From Sulfurimonas sp. (GTDB lineage Bacteria > Campylobacterota > Campylobacteria > Campylobacterales > Sulfurimonadaceae), in NCBI GenBank assembly GCA_027013295.1, contig JALUXP010000043.1:12101-76100 (forward strand): a stretch of DNA of 64,000 nt, written 5' to 3'. The notes beneath the pieces are model-generated. The model ran no database searches and was not told the DNA's origin. It was given only the letters and a program-made list of their open reading frames with translations. Of this stretch, positions 36,442 through 46,833 are shown piece after piece (position 1 is the stretch's first letter; every line of letters starts with the position of its first letter). The translations under genes and the position numbers were made by a program.

Positions 36442-36448
36442 AATAGGT

Positions 36449-37015
36449 TTATTTTACTTTACCTAAAAATTCACACTCTACAGTATTTACTTTGACTAAG
36501 TCATCAACAAGAACATGATAAGGAACTTGGACAACAGCACCTGTTTCAAGTGTAGCAGGTTTTTTACTTCCACTTGAAGTATCGCCCTTAAAGTTTGGAG
36601 GAGTATCTACAACAACTAACTCCATAAATTCTGGAGCTGCAACTGAGATAGCTTTTCCTTTATAAAAGATAATCTCTACATTGATACCATCTTTGAGCCA
36701 CTTTGAAGCTTCATCACACTGCTCATAAGTAAGACCTATCTGATCATAAGTCTCTGTATCCATAAATTGGTACATATCACCATCATCATAAAGGTACTGC
36801 ATAGTAGCGTATGTGATCTCTGGAACTTCAAACTTATCTCCCGCATGTACAGTTTTCTCAACTATCTTACCATTGAGATAGCTTTTCGCTTTCATACGAA
36901 CGAAGGCCGCACCTTTTCCTGGTTTTACATGTTGAAACTCTACAATTTTACAAGGTACTTCACCTACAATTAAACGAACATTTTTCTTGATATCACTCAT
37001 TCCGATGGTTGCCAT
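36449..37015 (-). CDS. efp: Elongation factor P
   Basis: 188 aa with 'VKPGKGAAFVRMKAK' (the conserved Lys loop) and 'VVDTPPNFKGDTSSG'. Confidence 0.95.
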   Translation of the reverse strand: MATIGMSDIKKNVRLIVGEVPCKIVEFQHVKPGKGAAFVRMKAKSYLNGKIVEKTVHAGDKFEVPEITYATMQYLYDDGDMYQFMDTETYDQIGLTYEQCDEASKWLKDGINVEIIFYKGKAISVAAPEFMELVVVDTPPNFKGDTSSGSKKPATLETGAVVQVPYHVLVDDLVKVNTVECEFLGKVK

Positions 37016-37123
37016 ATCTGACCTTTATTTAACTTATTTTTGAAATTCTACACTAAATATACCTATATTCAGATAAAACTGATTGCGAGATTACCCACAA
37101 ACCATCTTTTAGATTTAAAGAGG

Positions 37124-38905
37124 TTATTTTATATATTTCAACTCTAAAAGTTTATCATATATCCTTGAGACAATATAACCAGCGGCTGCACCACCATGTC
37201 CACCATGTTCAACCATAGCTAAAACGACATACTGTGGGTTTTTGTAAGGACCATAAGTTGAAAACCAAGCGTGTGAGCGTGTATAGTATTGCATATCATG
37301 CTCAAGTACCCTATGTTTAATATCTTGCATAATCCCAATAACTTGTGCTGTTCCAGTCTTTCCAGCTATACGCACTTTTGGATTAATATAATGTGTAGCT
37401 GTTCCTTTTGGATGGTTGCAAACTTCGTACATGGCTTTTTGAATAATTGGAATTCTTTTTTTCTCTAGGGGCGTTAAAACATCTCTAAAGCTTGGTTTGA
37501 CAACTTCATCTCCTATTTGCTTTGCCACATAAGGCTTTGGCAGTTTTTTTGTAGCTATCAAGGCAGTATATTGAGCCATCTGCATAGGTGTGACTAAAAA
37601 ATCACCTTGACCTATTGAGGTATTTACTGTTTCTCCTATATACCAAGAACGATTATATTTTCTCATCTTCCACTCTCTTGAAGGTACAGTTCCAATAAAT
37701 TCATTTGGTAGATCGATACCTGTCTTTTTACCTAACCCAAAACGCATAAGACTCTCACTCATCTTTTTAATCCCAACTTTGAGGCTTCCCTTATAAAAAT
37801 AATCATCACAACTCTCTCTGATAGCTTTTACAATACTAGTTTTATGATGCCCACCCTTTTTCCAGCATCTAAACACTCGCTTTCCAAGTGGCATCTCTGC
37901 TGTACAATACACACTTGAATATGGTTTTAATTCCGTAGTGATGTAGATAAGTCCTAATCCTGGTTTTATAGTTGATCCTGGTGGGTATAGACCATGAATA
38001 ATTTTGTTTGTAAAAGGCTTATCGAGGCTCGTTGAAAGCTTATTCCATGCATCATGAGATACACCAGATACAAAAGTATTTAAGCTATATTCAGGAAAAC
38101 TACTCGCTGAGAGTATCGCTCCATCAACACGCATAACAATAACAACTCCTGTCTTTTTTGCAAACAAAGAAGATATATATTTTTGCAACTCTATATCAAT
38201 ATTAAGAATAAGTTTTCTATCCTCTTTCGCACTTACATAAGAGAGTTCTTCAATTTGCTGATTATTAGCATTCACTTTTATCTTTTTTTGACCAGCTTCA
38301 CCTTGCAAATAGGTATTGTAATATTTTTCAACACCACTTTTACCAACATAACCAATAAGCTTAAGTATATTGTCTTTGCGAATATCTTTAGTATTTGCTC
38401 GTGACACATAACCAATGGTGTGTGCAGCAATTTTTCCATAGGGGTAGTATCTTTTAGGTGCGGAAAGGATTTTTATATTTTGTCGTAAATTCAAAATTGT
38501 ATAGATAGGCATAATCTTTTCATAAGAGATAAAATCAACGATATCTATAAAATCATGATTGTAATAAGAATCATGCTTTTTATATTTTTTGATGATCTCT
38601 TCTCTATCTAAATCAGGTATTAAAGAGATGAGTTTTGAAATCTCCTCATTAAATATCTTTATGTTTTTCTTTCGTGCTAGATGTGGTCTCAATTGGATTT
38701 TAAAGCCAAGTTTATTAATGGCAATCGGTCTATGCTTTACATCTTCAATTTCTCCACGCACGGGTGCTATTTTTTCTATCTTAATAGTATTATTAAGTGA
38801 AAGTTTCTCATAATAAGTATTTGATTCAATAGCTAAGAAAAAAACTCTTGTGATGAGGGCTAACCACATCATGGTAAAAACGACTAAAATAAATTTAATT
38901 TTCAT
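37124..38905 (-). CDS. mrdA: Penicillin-binding protein 2 (elongation transpeptidase)
   Basis: 593 aa. N-terminal TM, 'PPGSTIKP' (SxxK), 'SIGQG' region and 'GKTGTAQV' (KTG). Confidence 0.85.
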   Translation of the reverse strand: MKIKFILVVFTMMWLALITRVFFLAIESNTYYEKLSLNNTIKIEKIAPVRGEIEDVKHRPIAINKLGFKIQLRPHLARKKNIKIFNEEISKLISLIPDLDREEIIKKYKKHDSYYNHDFIDIVDFISYEKIMPIYTILNLRQNIKILSAPKRYYPYGKIAAHTIGYVSRANTKDIRKDNILKLIGYVGKSGVEKYYNTYLQGEAGQKKIKVNANNQQIEELSYVSAKEDRKLILNIDIELQKYISSLFAKKTGVVIVMRVDGAILSASSFPEYSLNTFVSGVSHDAWNKLSTSLDKPFTNKIIHGLYPPGSTIKPGLGLIYITTELKPYSSVYCTAEMPLGKRVFRCWKKGGHHKTSIVKAIRESCDDYFYKGSLKVGIKKMSESLMRFGLGKKTGIDLPNEFIGTVPSREWKMRKYNRSWYIGETVNTSIGQGDFLVTPMQMAQYTALIATKKLPKPYVAKQIGDEVVKPSFRDVLTPLEKKRIPIIQKAMYEVCNHPKGTATHYINPKVRIAGKTGTAQVIGIMQDIKHRVLEHDMQYYTRSHAWFSTYGPYKNPQYVVLAMVEHGGHGGAAAGYIVSRIYDKLLELKYIK

Positions 38906-39354
38906 AAAATGCTCACTATAAGAAATTCTAAAATTATATAATAGATAACATAATAATTTATAGACGGCATGGGCGTTAAAAATATATTGCTTAGTATAGA
39001 GTTAAAAAAATAAAAGCCTAAATAGGCCAATAAAACAATTGAGATTTTAATACAGGGTGAACAAGAAAAATTTTGCATAATCTTTGGCAATACAAGTTTG
39101 TAAACTAACACAAAATAAATCACAGCACTAAAGGCAGGATAGCCCTGTTGAGATTCAAAGACAACTATACAAAATACAATCAAAAATGTAGCTAATGAGT
39201 CCTCGTTATCAAGCGAATTGATGAACAATAAAAAAAGCACACCAAAAAGAGGAGGTAAAAAGAGATAGATACTACTCAGACTTTCATATATAACAAAAAG
39301 TGCTACATATAAAAATGGAGTTAAAGATTTTTTATGAGTGATACTTCGTTGCAT
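38902..39354 (-). CDS. Small polytopic membrane protein (possibly MreD-like)
   Basis: 150 aa, 4-5 hydrophobic segments. Located immediately upstream of and overlapping mrdA. The functional call is positional only. Confidence 0.4.
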   Translation of the reverse strand: MQRSITHKKSLTPFLYVALFVIYESLSSIYLFLPPLFGVLFLLFINSLDNEDSLATFLIVFCIVVFESQQGYPAFSAVIYFVLVYKLVLPKIMQNFSCSPCIKISIVLLAYLGFYFFNSILSNIFLTPMPSINYYVIYYIILEFLIVSIL

Positions 39355-39782
39355 ACTGGAAAATGTTTACATTTGATACAATCAGCCCAGATTTTATGCT
39401 CTGGGAGGGACTCTTTGGGGATTTCTACAAAATCCAGGCGTTCAAAAAAAGACTGTCTATAAGTAAGAGCTAGCACTTTTTGTAAACCTAAGGATTTAGC
39501 TTCTTCAAGGACACATTTAACCAAGCCTTCGCCTATCTTTAAACCTCTTTTATCTTCTTTTACTATCAATGATCGAATCTCAGCTAAAGAGGGTGCATGA
39601 ATATGTAAAGCACAAAAACCTAAAAGTTCATTCTCTGCAATAGCAAGCATATAGGAACGAATATTTGTAGCTATTTCATCATTGTTTCTAATAAGGATTA
39701 CCCCAGATTCAACTTCTGGTGCAACAAGTTTTTGCATACGAGGGATATCACAAAGTTTAGCTTTTATAAATTCAATTTTCAT
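39321..39782 (-). CDS. GNAT-family N-acetyltransferase (short ArgA-like)
   Basis: 153 aa with the acetyl-CoA motif 'VKEDKRGLKIGEGLV' and a Cys-rich tail 'CIKCKHFPVC'. Confidence 0.7.
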   Translation of the reverse strand: MKIEFIKAKLCDIPRMQKLVAPEVESGVILIRNNDEIATNIRSYMLAIAENELLGFCALHIHAPSLAEIRSLIVKEDKRGLKIGEGLVKCVLEEAKSLGLQKVLALTYRQSFFERLDFVEIPKESLPEHKIWADCIKCKHFPVCNEVSLIKNL

Positions 39783-40377
39783 TGAGTATATCGTATATAA
39801 TTTTATTTACTTTTTGCAAACCTCGTTTTTTAGAACTAGAAAGCATAATAGCCGAGGGAAACTCTTTGCGAAGTTTATTTTGCTCCTTTTGATTTAACTT
39901 ATCAATTTTTGTAAAAACTTGAAGGATAAATTGTGATTCATCAATGTGTTCTAATAGAAAGTCACTTACAGATTTATCTATGTCCAAATGGGGATGCCTA
40001 CAATCTACAAGATGAATAAATATTTTTATATTTTGTCTTTGTTCTATATAGTCTGTTAAGTTTTTTTCCCAATCACTTTTAATACTTTTAGAAACTTTTG
40101 CATAACCAAAGCCAGGTAAGTCAACAAATTTTGCATTAATTTTGCTAGAATCTTCTCTGTCCATCAAAGTTACATCAAAGTAGTTGATCAACCTTGTTTT
40201 ACCGGGAGAAGAGGAGACTTTTGCAAGTCCTTTATGATTTGTCAGAGCATTAAGAAGTGAACTTTTACCAACATTGGATCTAGCCATAAACACTATCTCA
40301 TCTTGTTCTTGTGAAGGTGGCGCCATTTTAATATTTGGTGCAGAAATTATAAATTTTGATGCAACTATATCAATCAT
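39772..40377 (-). CDS. engB: Ribosome-biogenesis GTPase YihA/EngB
   Basis: 201 aa with G1 'ARSNVGKSSLLNAL', G3 'DLPGFGYA' and G4 'TKIDK'. Confidence 0.85.
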   Translation of the reverse strand: MIDIVASKFIISAPNIKMAPPSQEQDEIVFMARSNVGKSSLLNALTNHKGLAKVSSSPGKTRLINYFDVTLMDREDSSKINAKFVDLPGFGYAKVSKSIKSDWEKNLTDYIEQRQNIKIFIHLVDCRHPHLDIDKSVSDFLLEHIDESQFILQVFTKIDKLNQKEQNKLRKEFPSAIMLSSSKKRGLQKVNKIIYDILNEN

Positions 40378-40837
40378 CTTTTTTCTCCTCCTCTAGGTCA
40401 AAAATCATTATAACTGGCTTGTTCGACTTACTTTTTGCATAAGCCTTTCCATCTATCGATCTAAGAACCACTTCATCACCAATGATCTCTTTATTTTCAC
40501 CAATTTGTCTTAAATGAACATCTTTGTAGAAAAAATACTCTTTTGTTTTTGGTATGTAAATAGTTTTTTGTGCCTCTCCTCTATAAGAAGCACCATCTTG
40601 TGTTGAAATCACAAAAGAAACATTTCCCTCTGCTATAAACTTAGTAGGCTGTTGATTTTGATCTGTATATACGATAACTTCAGATGCATTAAGCTCATCA
40701 TTTTCTTTTATGATATTTACATTACCTTTAAAGATAGATATCCCTTTTTTTTGATCACTATCAAAAGTTTTTGCTTTTATTTTTAATTCTTGTGAATGAA
40801 GTGCTAAAGTAAATAGTATAAGTATAAATATTTTCAT
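40370..40837 (-). CDS. lptA: LPS transport periplasmic protein LptA (OstA-like)
   Basis: 155 aa. Signal peptide and OstA-N-like beta-jellyroll repeats ('FKGNVNII', 'AEGNVSF'). Located in a kdsC-lptC-lptA context. Confidence 0.65.
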   Translation of the reverse strand: MKIFILILFTLALHSQELKIKAKTFDSDQKKGISIFKGNVNIIKENDELNASEVIVYTDQNQQPTKFIAEGNVSFVISTQDGASYRGEAQKTIYIPKTKEYFFYKDVHLRQIGENKEIIGDEVVLRSIDGKAYAKSKSNKPVIMIFDLEEEKKDD

Positions 40838-41358
40838 GGATTCTCTTTAAAGTTATATATTGCATATATATTTTTTGACTTCATTGTATTATTTTTATTG
40901 TCAACAAGAAGAGTGCTTCCAGAGAGCTGACTCATTCCCATTGTCGCTACATAATCAACATCACTCAAGGCTATTTCTGTTTTTTTATTATACACTGCTT
41001 TTTGGGAAAAATATCTTAATCCATCAACTCTAGTAAAAAAAACATCCCCATTTAAGTAAACTATCTCTTTTTTGTAAAGACCATGCTTTGCTTTCATGTT
41101 TGAAGCAAACTCTTTAGAGTTATCAGTATAGTCAATATCGCTTACATCATACCTATCTGAGTATCTTTTTGCTTTTGAACCATTCATTAAAGTTATCAAA
41201 CCATTGGCATCTAATTCATGAAGAGTAAAATTATCTAAACTAAATAAAGGTATCTCTTTAGAGTTGATTTGTTTTATATCCATCGGATGAAAAAAAACAT
41301 AAATCATTATTAATGCAAGAAAGATAAAAGAGAAAAAATAATTTATATTCATCGCCAC
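40834..41358 (-). CDS. LptC-like membrane-anchored protein
   Basis: 174 aa with an N-terminal TM anchor. Position between kdsC and lptA, with overlaps on both sides. Confidence 0.45.
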   Translation of the reverse strand: MAMNINYFFSFIFLALIMIYVFFHPMDIKQINSKEIPLFSLDNFTLHELDANGLITLMNGSKAKRYSDRYDVSDIDYTDNSKEFASNMKAKHGLYKKEIVYLNGDVFFTRVDGLRYFSQKAVYNKKTEIALSDVDYVATMGMSQLSGSTLLVDNKNNTMKSKNIYAIYNFKENP

Positions 41359-41843
41359 ATACTTATAAAGTGTTCAGTTTGATCATTTTCTTTTACAAGA
41401 ATATCTATCATCTCTCGCACTGCCCCACTACCACCTTTTACTTTTAAAACTGTGTCAACAAGATCTTGAATTATTGGCACGCCATTGCAAGGGGTAAAGC
41501 TTCGCCCTACACTTTGCAACATCTCGTAGTCATTCAGGTCATCACCTATGGCAGCAACTTCGTAAGGCTTAAGGGCAAGAGCTTGGATCAATTCATTAAA
41601 AGTAGTTTTTTTATCTTTTATACCCTGATATATGTGTTTGATGCCTAACTCTGTCGCTCTTTTTTGTACCATAGTGGAACTTTTACCTGTTATGATAGCT
41701 ATCTCATTACCTATTTTTTGCCAAGTACTCATCCCTAGACCATCTTTGACATTAAAAGATTTTGATTCTACCCCATTAGAATCATAGACTAAAGAGCCAT
41801 CAGTAAGGCAACCATCTACATCTAAGATCAATAGTTTAATCAT
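41349..41843 (-). CDS. kdsC: KDO 8-phosphate phosphatase (HAD)
   Basis: 164 aa with 'LILDVDGCLTDG', 'FNVKDG' and 'AIGDDLND'. Confidence 0.8.
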   Translation of the reverse strand: MIKLLILDVDGCLTDGSLVYDSNGVESKSFNVKDGLGMSTWQKIGNEIAIITGKSSTMVQKRATELGIKHIYQGIKDKKTTFNELIQALALKPYEVAAIGDDLNDYEMLQSVGRSFTPCNGVPIIQDLVDTVLKVKGGSGAVREMIDILVKENDQTEHFISMWR

Positions 41844-42412
41844 AAAACATCTTTTGTACTTGGAATACCAATACGCTCATTCTTTTGTATTGCGCGTCTT
41901 ATGGCAACAGCTATAGATTTAAAGGCTGCTTCAATAATATGGTGCTTATTTGAACCTCTTTTTTGTACTATATGAGCACTAATCCCTGCATTTAAGATCA
42001 AAGCTCTAAAAAATTCTTCCGTGAGCTCTGTATCAAATTGTCCCACTTTTCCAGATATATTAAGTGAAAAATACAAAAATGGTCTGTTGCTAAGATCCAA
42101 ATCACACTCTACACATGCCTCATCCATAACAATACTCGCACTAGCAAATCTTTCTATGGATTTAGCTGGATAGATAGCTTCATTGAGCAGTGAACCAAGC
42201 ACGATTCCAATATCTTCAACTGAATGGTGATCATCTATATGGGTATCTCCAACACATTTGATCTCCAAATCAATCAAAGAGTGTTTAGAAAAACTCTCAA
42301 GCATATGATCTAAAAACCCTACTCCTGTTTCTATATGAGACTCTCCATTGCCATAAAGATTAAGCGATATCTCTATATCTGTTTCTTTAGTTTTTCTTGT
42401 TTTCGTTAACAT
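41840..42412 (-). CDS. hisB: Imidazoleglycerol-phosphate dehydratase
   Basis: 190 aa with 'RKTKETDI', 'GVGFLDHML', 'GDTHIDDHHSVED' and 'NKHHIIEAAFK'. Confidence 0.9.
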   Translation of the reverse strand: MLTKTRKTKETDIEISLNLYGNGESHIETGVGFLDHMLESFSKHSLIDLEIKCVGDTHIDDHHSVEDIGIVLGSLLNEAIYPAKSIERFASASIVMDEACVECDLDLSNRPFLYFSLNISGKVGQFDTELTEEFFRALILNAGISAHIVQKRGSNKHHIIEAAFKSIAVAIRRAIQKNERIGIPSTKDVL

Positions 42413-43225
42413 CTAATTATCCCTTACAATAAATGAATTTTGAAATATACTTGTTGACTTATAGTCCCTCGCCTCTTTTTCACTTTTAAAACCACTAAGC
42501 CAAACTTTAAACATTCGTAAACCACCAGTATCTACATCTTTAATCATAGTGCTATAACCATCTAGTTTGTCATACTGTTCTTGTGTTTGGAGTGCTCCTT
42601 CAAAACTAGAAAAAGAACCTATCTGTAAAGCATATGCCGCCTCTTGAGTTCCTTGCGGCTTTGTTCTCAAGTGCTTTATACTTGATATTTTTTTAGCACC
42701 TTTAGATTCAAATCCTAGAACTTCTATTGTGACAGGGGCTGTCCCTTTGCCTACCATATTTATTTTGTGAGCTGCAGCATTAGAGAGATCTATAATCCTA
42801 GTTGCGACAAAAGGTCCTCTGTCATTAATCCTTACTATAGTAGAAAGACCATTGGATTCATTTGTCACTTTTACTATAGTATTCATAGGAAGTGTTTTAT
42901 GAGCAGCTGTCATTGCATACATATTGTATGTTTCTCCATTTGAAGTAAGTTTTCCATGAAAATCTGGACCATACCAACTTGCGACTCCACTAAATTCATC
43001 CCCTACATTTACAACAGTAGGGTAGTATTTGATCCCTCTGACAACATAGGGTTTCATCGTTGGATGTGAGTAGGTCTTTTTACTTGTCTTATCATTATAT
43101 CTGCTTGAGTCATGTGAATAGGATTGCTGCGATCTATAATGAGAATACACTTTTGGTCCTCTTGTACTACAACCACTCAACAAAGCTATCAATAAAACTA
43201 CAATGAAGTAATTTTGTTTATTCAT
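42413..43225 (-). CDS. rlpA: Septal ring lytic transglycosylase RlpA (DPBB + SPOR)
   Basis: 270 aa. Lipobox 'LLSGC', DPBB 'ASWYGPDFHGKLTSNGETY ... AHKTLPMNTIVKVTN ... RINDRGPF', and a SPOR-like C-terminus. Confidence 0.85.
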   Translation of the reverse strand: MNKQNYFIVVLLIALLSGCSTRGPKVYSHYRSQQSYSHDSSRYNDKTSKKTYSHPTMKPYVVRGIKYYPTVVNVGDEFSGVASWYGPDFHGKLTSNGETYNMYAMTAAHKTLPMNTIVKVTNESNGLSTIVRINDRGPFVATRIIDLSNAAAHKINMVGKGTAPVTIEVLGFESKGAKKISSIKHLRTKPQGTQEAAYALQIGSFSSFEGALQTQEQYDKLDGYSTMIKDVDTGGLRMFKVWLSGFKSEKEARDYKSTSIFQNSFIVRDN

Positions 43226-44447
43226 ATATTCTTAATCTTTCGCCAATTTTAATTTTAGTACCCCTGAGACGATTATGATATTGAATATTTCTTATTGTCA
43301 CCTTATGTGCTCTTGAGATTGACTCTAAAGTATCGCCCTTTTTTACTAAGTAATAATACCTATGATCAACCTTTCTCGGCCTCACTTTTGTTGTGATAGG
43401 AATGATTAATTTTTGTTTTAAGCTTAATTTTGAACTTCTGAGATGATTGAAGTCCATAATAATTCTATAAGGAACACGATATTTTTCCCCTATTGAACTT
43501 AGATTATCGCCTCTAGCAACAACATGAATCTTATAAATATTTTTAATATTTCCTTTTTTATAATGCTGTTTAAATTCAGCTAACTTGACATAAGGTATAT
43601 AGACTTGGTAGCCTTTTTTGTATGGAGGTACAAAATCATATTTTAGATGTCTGTTTAACTTTTTAAGTGTCTTAAGTGGAATATCAATAATCTTAGCTAG
43701 TCGTTTTAATGATTCACCACTAGAAAGGGTTATGGTTGACATTGAGTATGCATTAGCACGGTTAAGAAGATGTCCATATTCACTATTGAGTAAAAATCTA
43801 TCATCATTACCAAGAAGCGATAGAGCAATAATCTTTCTAATATATCTTCTACTCTCTCTTGGTATATATGCTTTTCTTGAATTTAGAAGAACATCAAGGT
43901 CATCCGTTCCTGCTCTTCGTATCCCCTTTGCGAGTCTACCGCCACCACAATTATAAGCGATAGCTGCAAGATACCATTTACCAAATCTTTTATGAAGATG
44001 TGATAGGTATTTCGCAGCAGCCTTTGTTGATTTGATAGGATCACGCCTCTCGTCTACATAATCATCTATTTTAAGTCCAAACCCTTTTGCTGTACGAGGC
44101 ATAAACTGCCATAGCCCAGATGCTCTTTTATGTGAGTAAGCTCTATTTGAAAAATTTGATTCAGCCATAGCCAGATACAAAAATTCTGGTGGAATTTCAT
44201 ACTCAGCTAAAATATTTTTAATCGTAGGAATATAGATAAAAGCATTATCCATAGCTCTAAAAAAATGTTTATTTTTATAAATTGCTTTGTTGCTGTTTCT
44301 TAACTTGTTTACCATTGGGTCAAGCAAAAAGGAAGCATCTATATCAAAAGAGTCCAGAAGTTCTATCTCTTTGTTGTAATTATATGCGTAATTCAAATTT
44401 GCAAAAAGAACGAAAGGCAGTAATAACAAAAATATAATTTTTTTCAT
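43218..44447 (-). CDS. Membrane-bound lytic murein transglycosylase with LysM repeats (MltD-like)
   Basis: 409 aa. SLT core 'AESNF ... ASGLWQFMPRTA ... AYNCGGG'. Two to three LysM-like repeats ('HVVARGDNLSSIGEKY', 'YLVKKGDTLESISRAH'). Confidence 0.85.
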   Translation of the reverse strand: MKKIIFLLLLPFVLFANLNYAYNYNKEIELLDSFDIDASFLLDPMVNKLRNSNKAIYKNKHFFRAMDNAFIYIPTIKNILAEYEIPPEFLYLAMAESNFSNRAYSHKRASGLWQFMPRTAKGFGLKIDDYVDERRDPIKSTKAAAKYLSHLHKRFGKWYLAAIAYNCGGGRLAKGIRRAGTDDLDVLLNSRKAYIPRESRRYIRKIIALSLLGNDDRFLLNSEYGHLLNRANAYSMSTITLSSGESLKRLAKIIDIPLKTLKKLNRHLKYDFVPPYKKGYQVYIPYVKLAEFKQHYKKGNIKNIYKIHVVARGDNLSSIGEKYRVPYRIIMDFNHLRSSKLSLKQKLIIPITTKVRPRKVDHRYYYLVKKGDTLESISRAHKVTIRNIQYHNRLRGTKIKIGERLRIYE

Positions 44448-44500
44448 GAATCTCTTTGCTTATTGAATTTAAAGAATAGATTCTATCCTAATAAACATTA

Positions 44501-44518
44501 AACCCAAATTATGCAATA
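44501..44518. repeat. 18-nt intergenic motif aacccaaattatgcaata (copy 2)
   Basis: Identical to 11287-11304. It abuts the tatD stop codon (44519-44521). Confidence 0.8.
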
Positions 44519-45301
44519 TTATCTACTTTTAATATCAAATAATTTATGAGCATTTCTTGTCGTGATAGTGCTTATTTCTTCTGTATTTTTTTCAAGAATC
44601 ATAGCAATTTTTTGTGCAACAAGTTGGCAATAGAGTGGTTCATTTCTCTCTCCTCTGTGTGGTGAAGGTGTCAAGTATGGGCCATCTGTTTCAATAAGTA
44701 ACTTCTCAAGTGGAATTTTTGGTAATACATTGAGAAGTTTTTTTGCATTCTTAAAAGTCACAACACCACCTACCCCAAAATAAAAGTTTTCATCTGCCAA
44801 AGAGAGCAATTCTTCATCTGCATTATAGCAGTGCAATACACCCCCAACTTGACCTGCTCCATTCTCTAAAAGGATTTTTTTTGCATCCCTAGATGCATCT
44901 CTAATATGGACAATGAGTGGTTTATTGTATTTTTTTGCTAATGCAATCTGTTTGACAAAAACTTTTTTTTGCTTTTGCTTTTGGATCTCTTTTTCTTCAT
45001 CATCACCCTCTAGGCGAAAATAATCAAGTCCACATTCCCCTATTGCCACGCATTTATCATGTTTTATGTATTGTAACAGTGCATCTGCCGAAAATTTCTC
45101 CAAATCATAAGGATGTACCCCAACTGCGAAAAAAACTTCTGAGTAATATTCTGCAATCTTTAGAGCTTTTTTAAGTGTATCTGGATCTGCTCCTGGTATT
45201 ATAAATTTCTCTATGCCACCTTTAACTGCCCTTTGAACCACTTTCTCTAAATCATCTTCGTATCGATGGTCATCTAGGTGAATATGTGTATCTACAATCA
45301 T
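44519..45301 (-). CDS. tatD: TatD-family metal-dependent hydrolase/DNase
   Basis: 260 aa with 'DTHIHLD', 'GECGLDY', 'IVHIRDA', 'LHCY' and 'LIETDGPYL'. Confidence 0.85.
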   Translation of the reverse strand: MIVDTHIHLDDHRYEDDLEKVVQRAVKGGIEKFIIPGADPDTLKKALKIAEYYSEVFFAVGVHPYDLEKFSADALLQYIKHDKCVAIGECGLDYFRLEGDDEEKEIQKQKQKKVFVKQIALAKKYNKPLIVHIRDASRDAKKILLENGAGQVGGVLHCYNADEELLSLADENFYFGVGGVVTFKNAKKLLNVLPKIPLEKLLIETDGPYLTPSPHRGERNEPLYCQLVAQKIAMILEKNTEEISTITTRNAHKLFDIKSR

Positions 45302-46833
45302 CTATTTGTCTCCAACAACTCTTTAGCAAAAGATTTTGCTTCATTAGTAATATTTTCTCCAGATATTATTCTTGCTATTTCATCTATTTTTTCAAACTCT
45401 TGCAGCTCTTTAACCTTAGAAATATCCCCCTCTTTATATACTAAAAAATGTTGCTCTCCCATAGAGGTCAATTGTGGTTGATGTGATATTACGAAAATCT
45501 GAAAGTATTTTGAGAGTTGTCGCAACACTTTAGCTACACTCATCGATTCTTCTCCACTTAAGTTTGCATCAATCTCATCAAGCATGAGTACCCCTCCGCT
45601 ATCTAACATAAACTCTGATTTAAGAGCTAAAATGGCTAGTCTCAACCTGTTAAATTCACCTGTACTTATTTTCTGAAGTTCGGTTGAATTAAGAACTAGA
45701 TGAAGCTTATCTTTTCCAATTTCAGTGTACTGTGCATCTGCAATACTAAGATTTGCATCTCGCAAATAAAGCTCTTTAAGATAGGTATTGAGACTCTTTT
45801 GAAATAGGGGTAATTCTTTATTTCTTAAATCGCTCAGAACCTGTGCTAAAATCTCTATATTTTGATTGAGCTCTAAAACTCTTTTTTGTAAATCACCTTT
45901 TGTATTTTCAATATTTTCATATTGTTGCAACTCTAATATTTTTTGTTCTTTATATTTTAATGCTTCTTCTATTGAGCCATAGCGTCTTTGGAGTTCTGTT
46001 ACCTCTTGAAGCCTATTGAGGATCTCCTCTATATCTACATCATCTAAGGCACTAAACTTTTCCTGTGCTCCATCAAGAACAGCCCGAAGTTCATTCATAG
46101 CATCACTAAAAAAAGCATTTTCAACATCAAGAGCATCTAAAGCATTAAATACATACTGCTCGTTTTCAAACAACATATTTGCTGATTCAAGCGACTCAAG
46201 CACTTTTTCCTTTTTAGAGAGCTCTTTTTTGATTCGTAAGAGTTCTTCATCTTCCCCAATAACTGGATTAATTTTTTGAATTTTTTGAATCTCATATTCG
46301 GCATATTCTTTTAACTCTAACACTTTTTTTTCTTCTAGCTCTATCTCTTGAAGCTGGGCATACAAAAGTTTATGTTCAAGAAATGCTTTTTTGTATTGTG
46401 CTTTTATCTCTAAAACTGATCTATTTTTTTGCAAGATTCGCTCATCAAGCATAGAGATAAGATTTTCATTTTCAAAATCACTAAAATCTTTTAGACTTAG
46501 ATACTTAATATGCTCACTAGCAATCACACTCATCACTTTTTTTGACACACTTTGATTGTTAATAAAATATCTGGATTTTTCTTTTTTCGTATGCTTAAAA
46601 ACATTAATATCATCATTTTCAAGACCAACACTACCTCCATCAAATTCCCACCCTGTTGTAGATTCACACACCGTAGCTTCACAAGTCTCCAAGCCTACTG
46701 AAGAAAGGATAGAACTCATTAGGATCGATTTGCCACTACCACTTGGTCCAGTAAAGACAACAAGCCCATTTGTTGGGGAGAGATCAACCTCTTTAAAACT
46801 AAGATAATCTTTTAGATAAAATCGTTCAATCAT
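45298..46833 (-). CDS. recN: DNA repair protein RecN
   Basis: 511 aa. Walker A 'GPSGSGKS', central coiled coil, 'STGEFNRL' signature and 'LMLDEIDANLSGE' Walker B. Confidence 0.85.
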   Translation of the reverse strand: MIERFYLKDYLSFKEVDLSPTNGLVVFTGPSGSGKSILMSSILSSVGLETCEATVCESTTGWEFDGGSVGLENDDINVFKHTKKEKSRYFINNQSVSKKVMSVIASEHIKYLSLKDFSDFENENLISMLDERILQKNRSVLEIKAQYKKAFLEHKLLYAQLQEIELEEKKVLELKEYAEYEIQKIQKINPVIGEDEELLRIKKELSKKEKVLESLESANMLFENEQYVFNALDALDVENAFFSDAMNELRAVLDGAQEKFSALDDVDIEEILNRLQEVTELQRRYGSIEEALKYKEQKILELQQYENIENTKGDLQKRVLELNQNIEILAQVLSDLRNKELPLFQKSLNTYLKELYLRDANLSIADAQYTEIGKDKLHLVLNSTELQKISTGEFNRLRLAILALKSEFMLDSGGVLMLDEIDANLSGEESMSVAKVLRQLSKYFQIFVISHQPQLTSMGEQHFLVYKEGDISKVKELQEFEKIDEIARIISGENITNEAKSFAKELLETNR

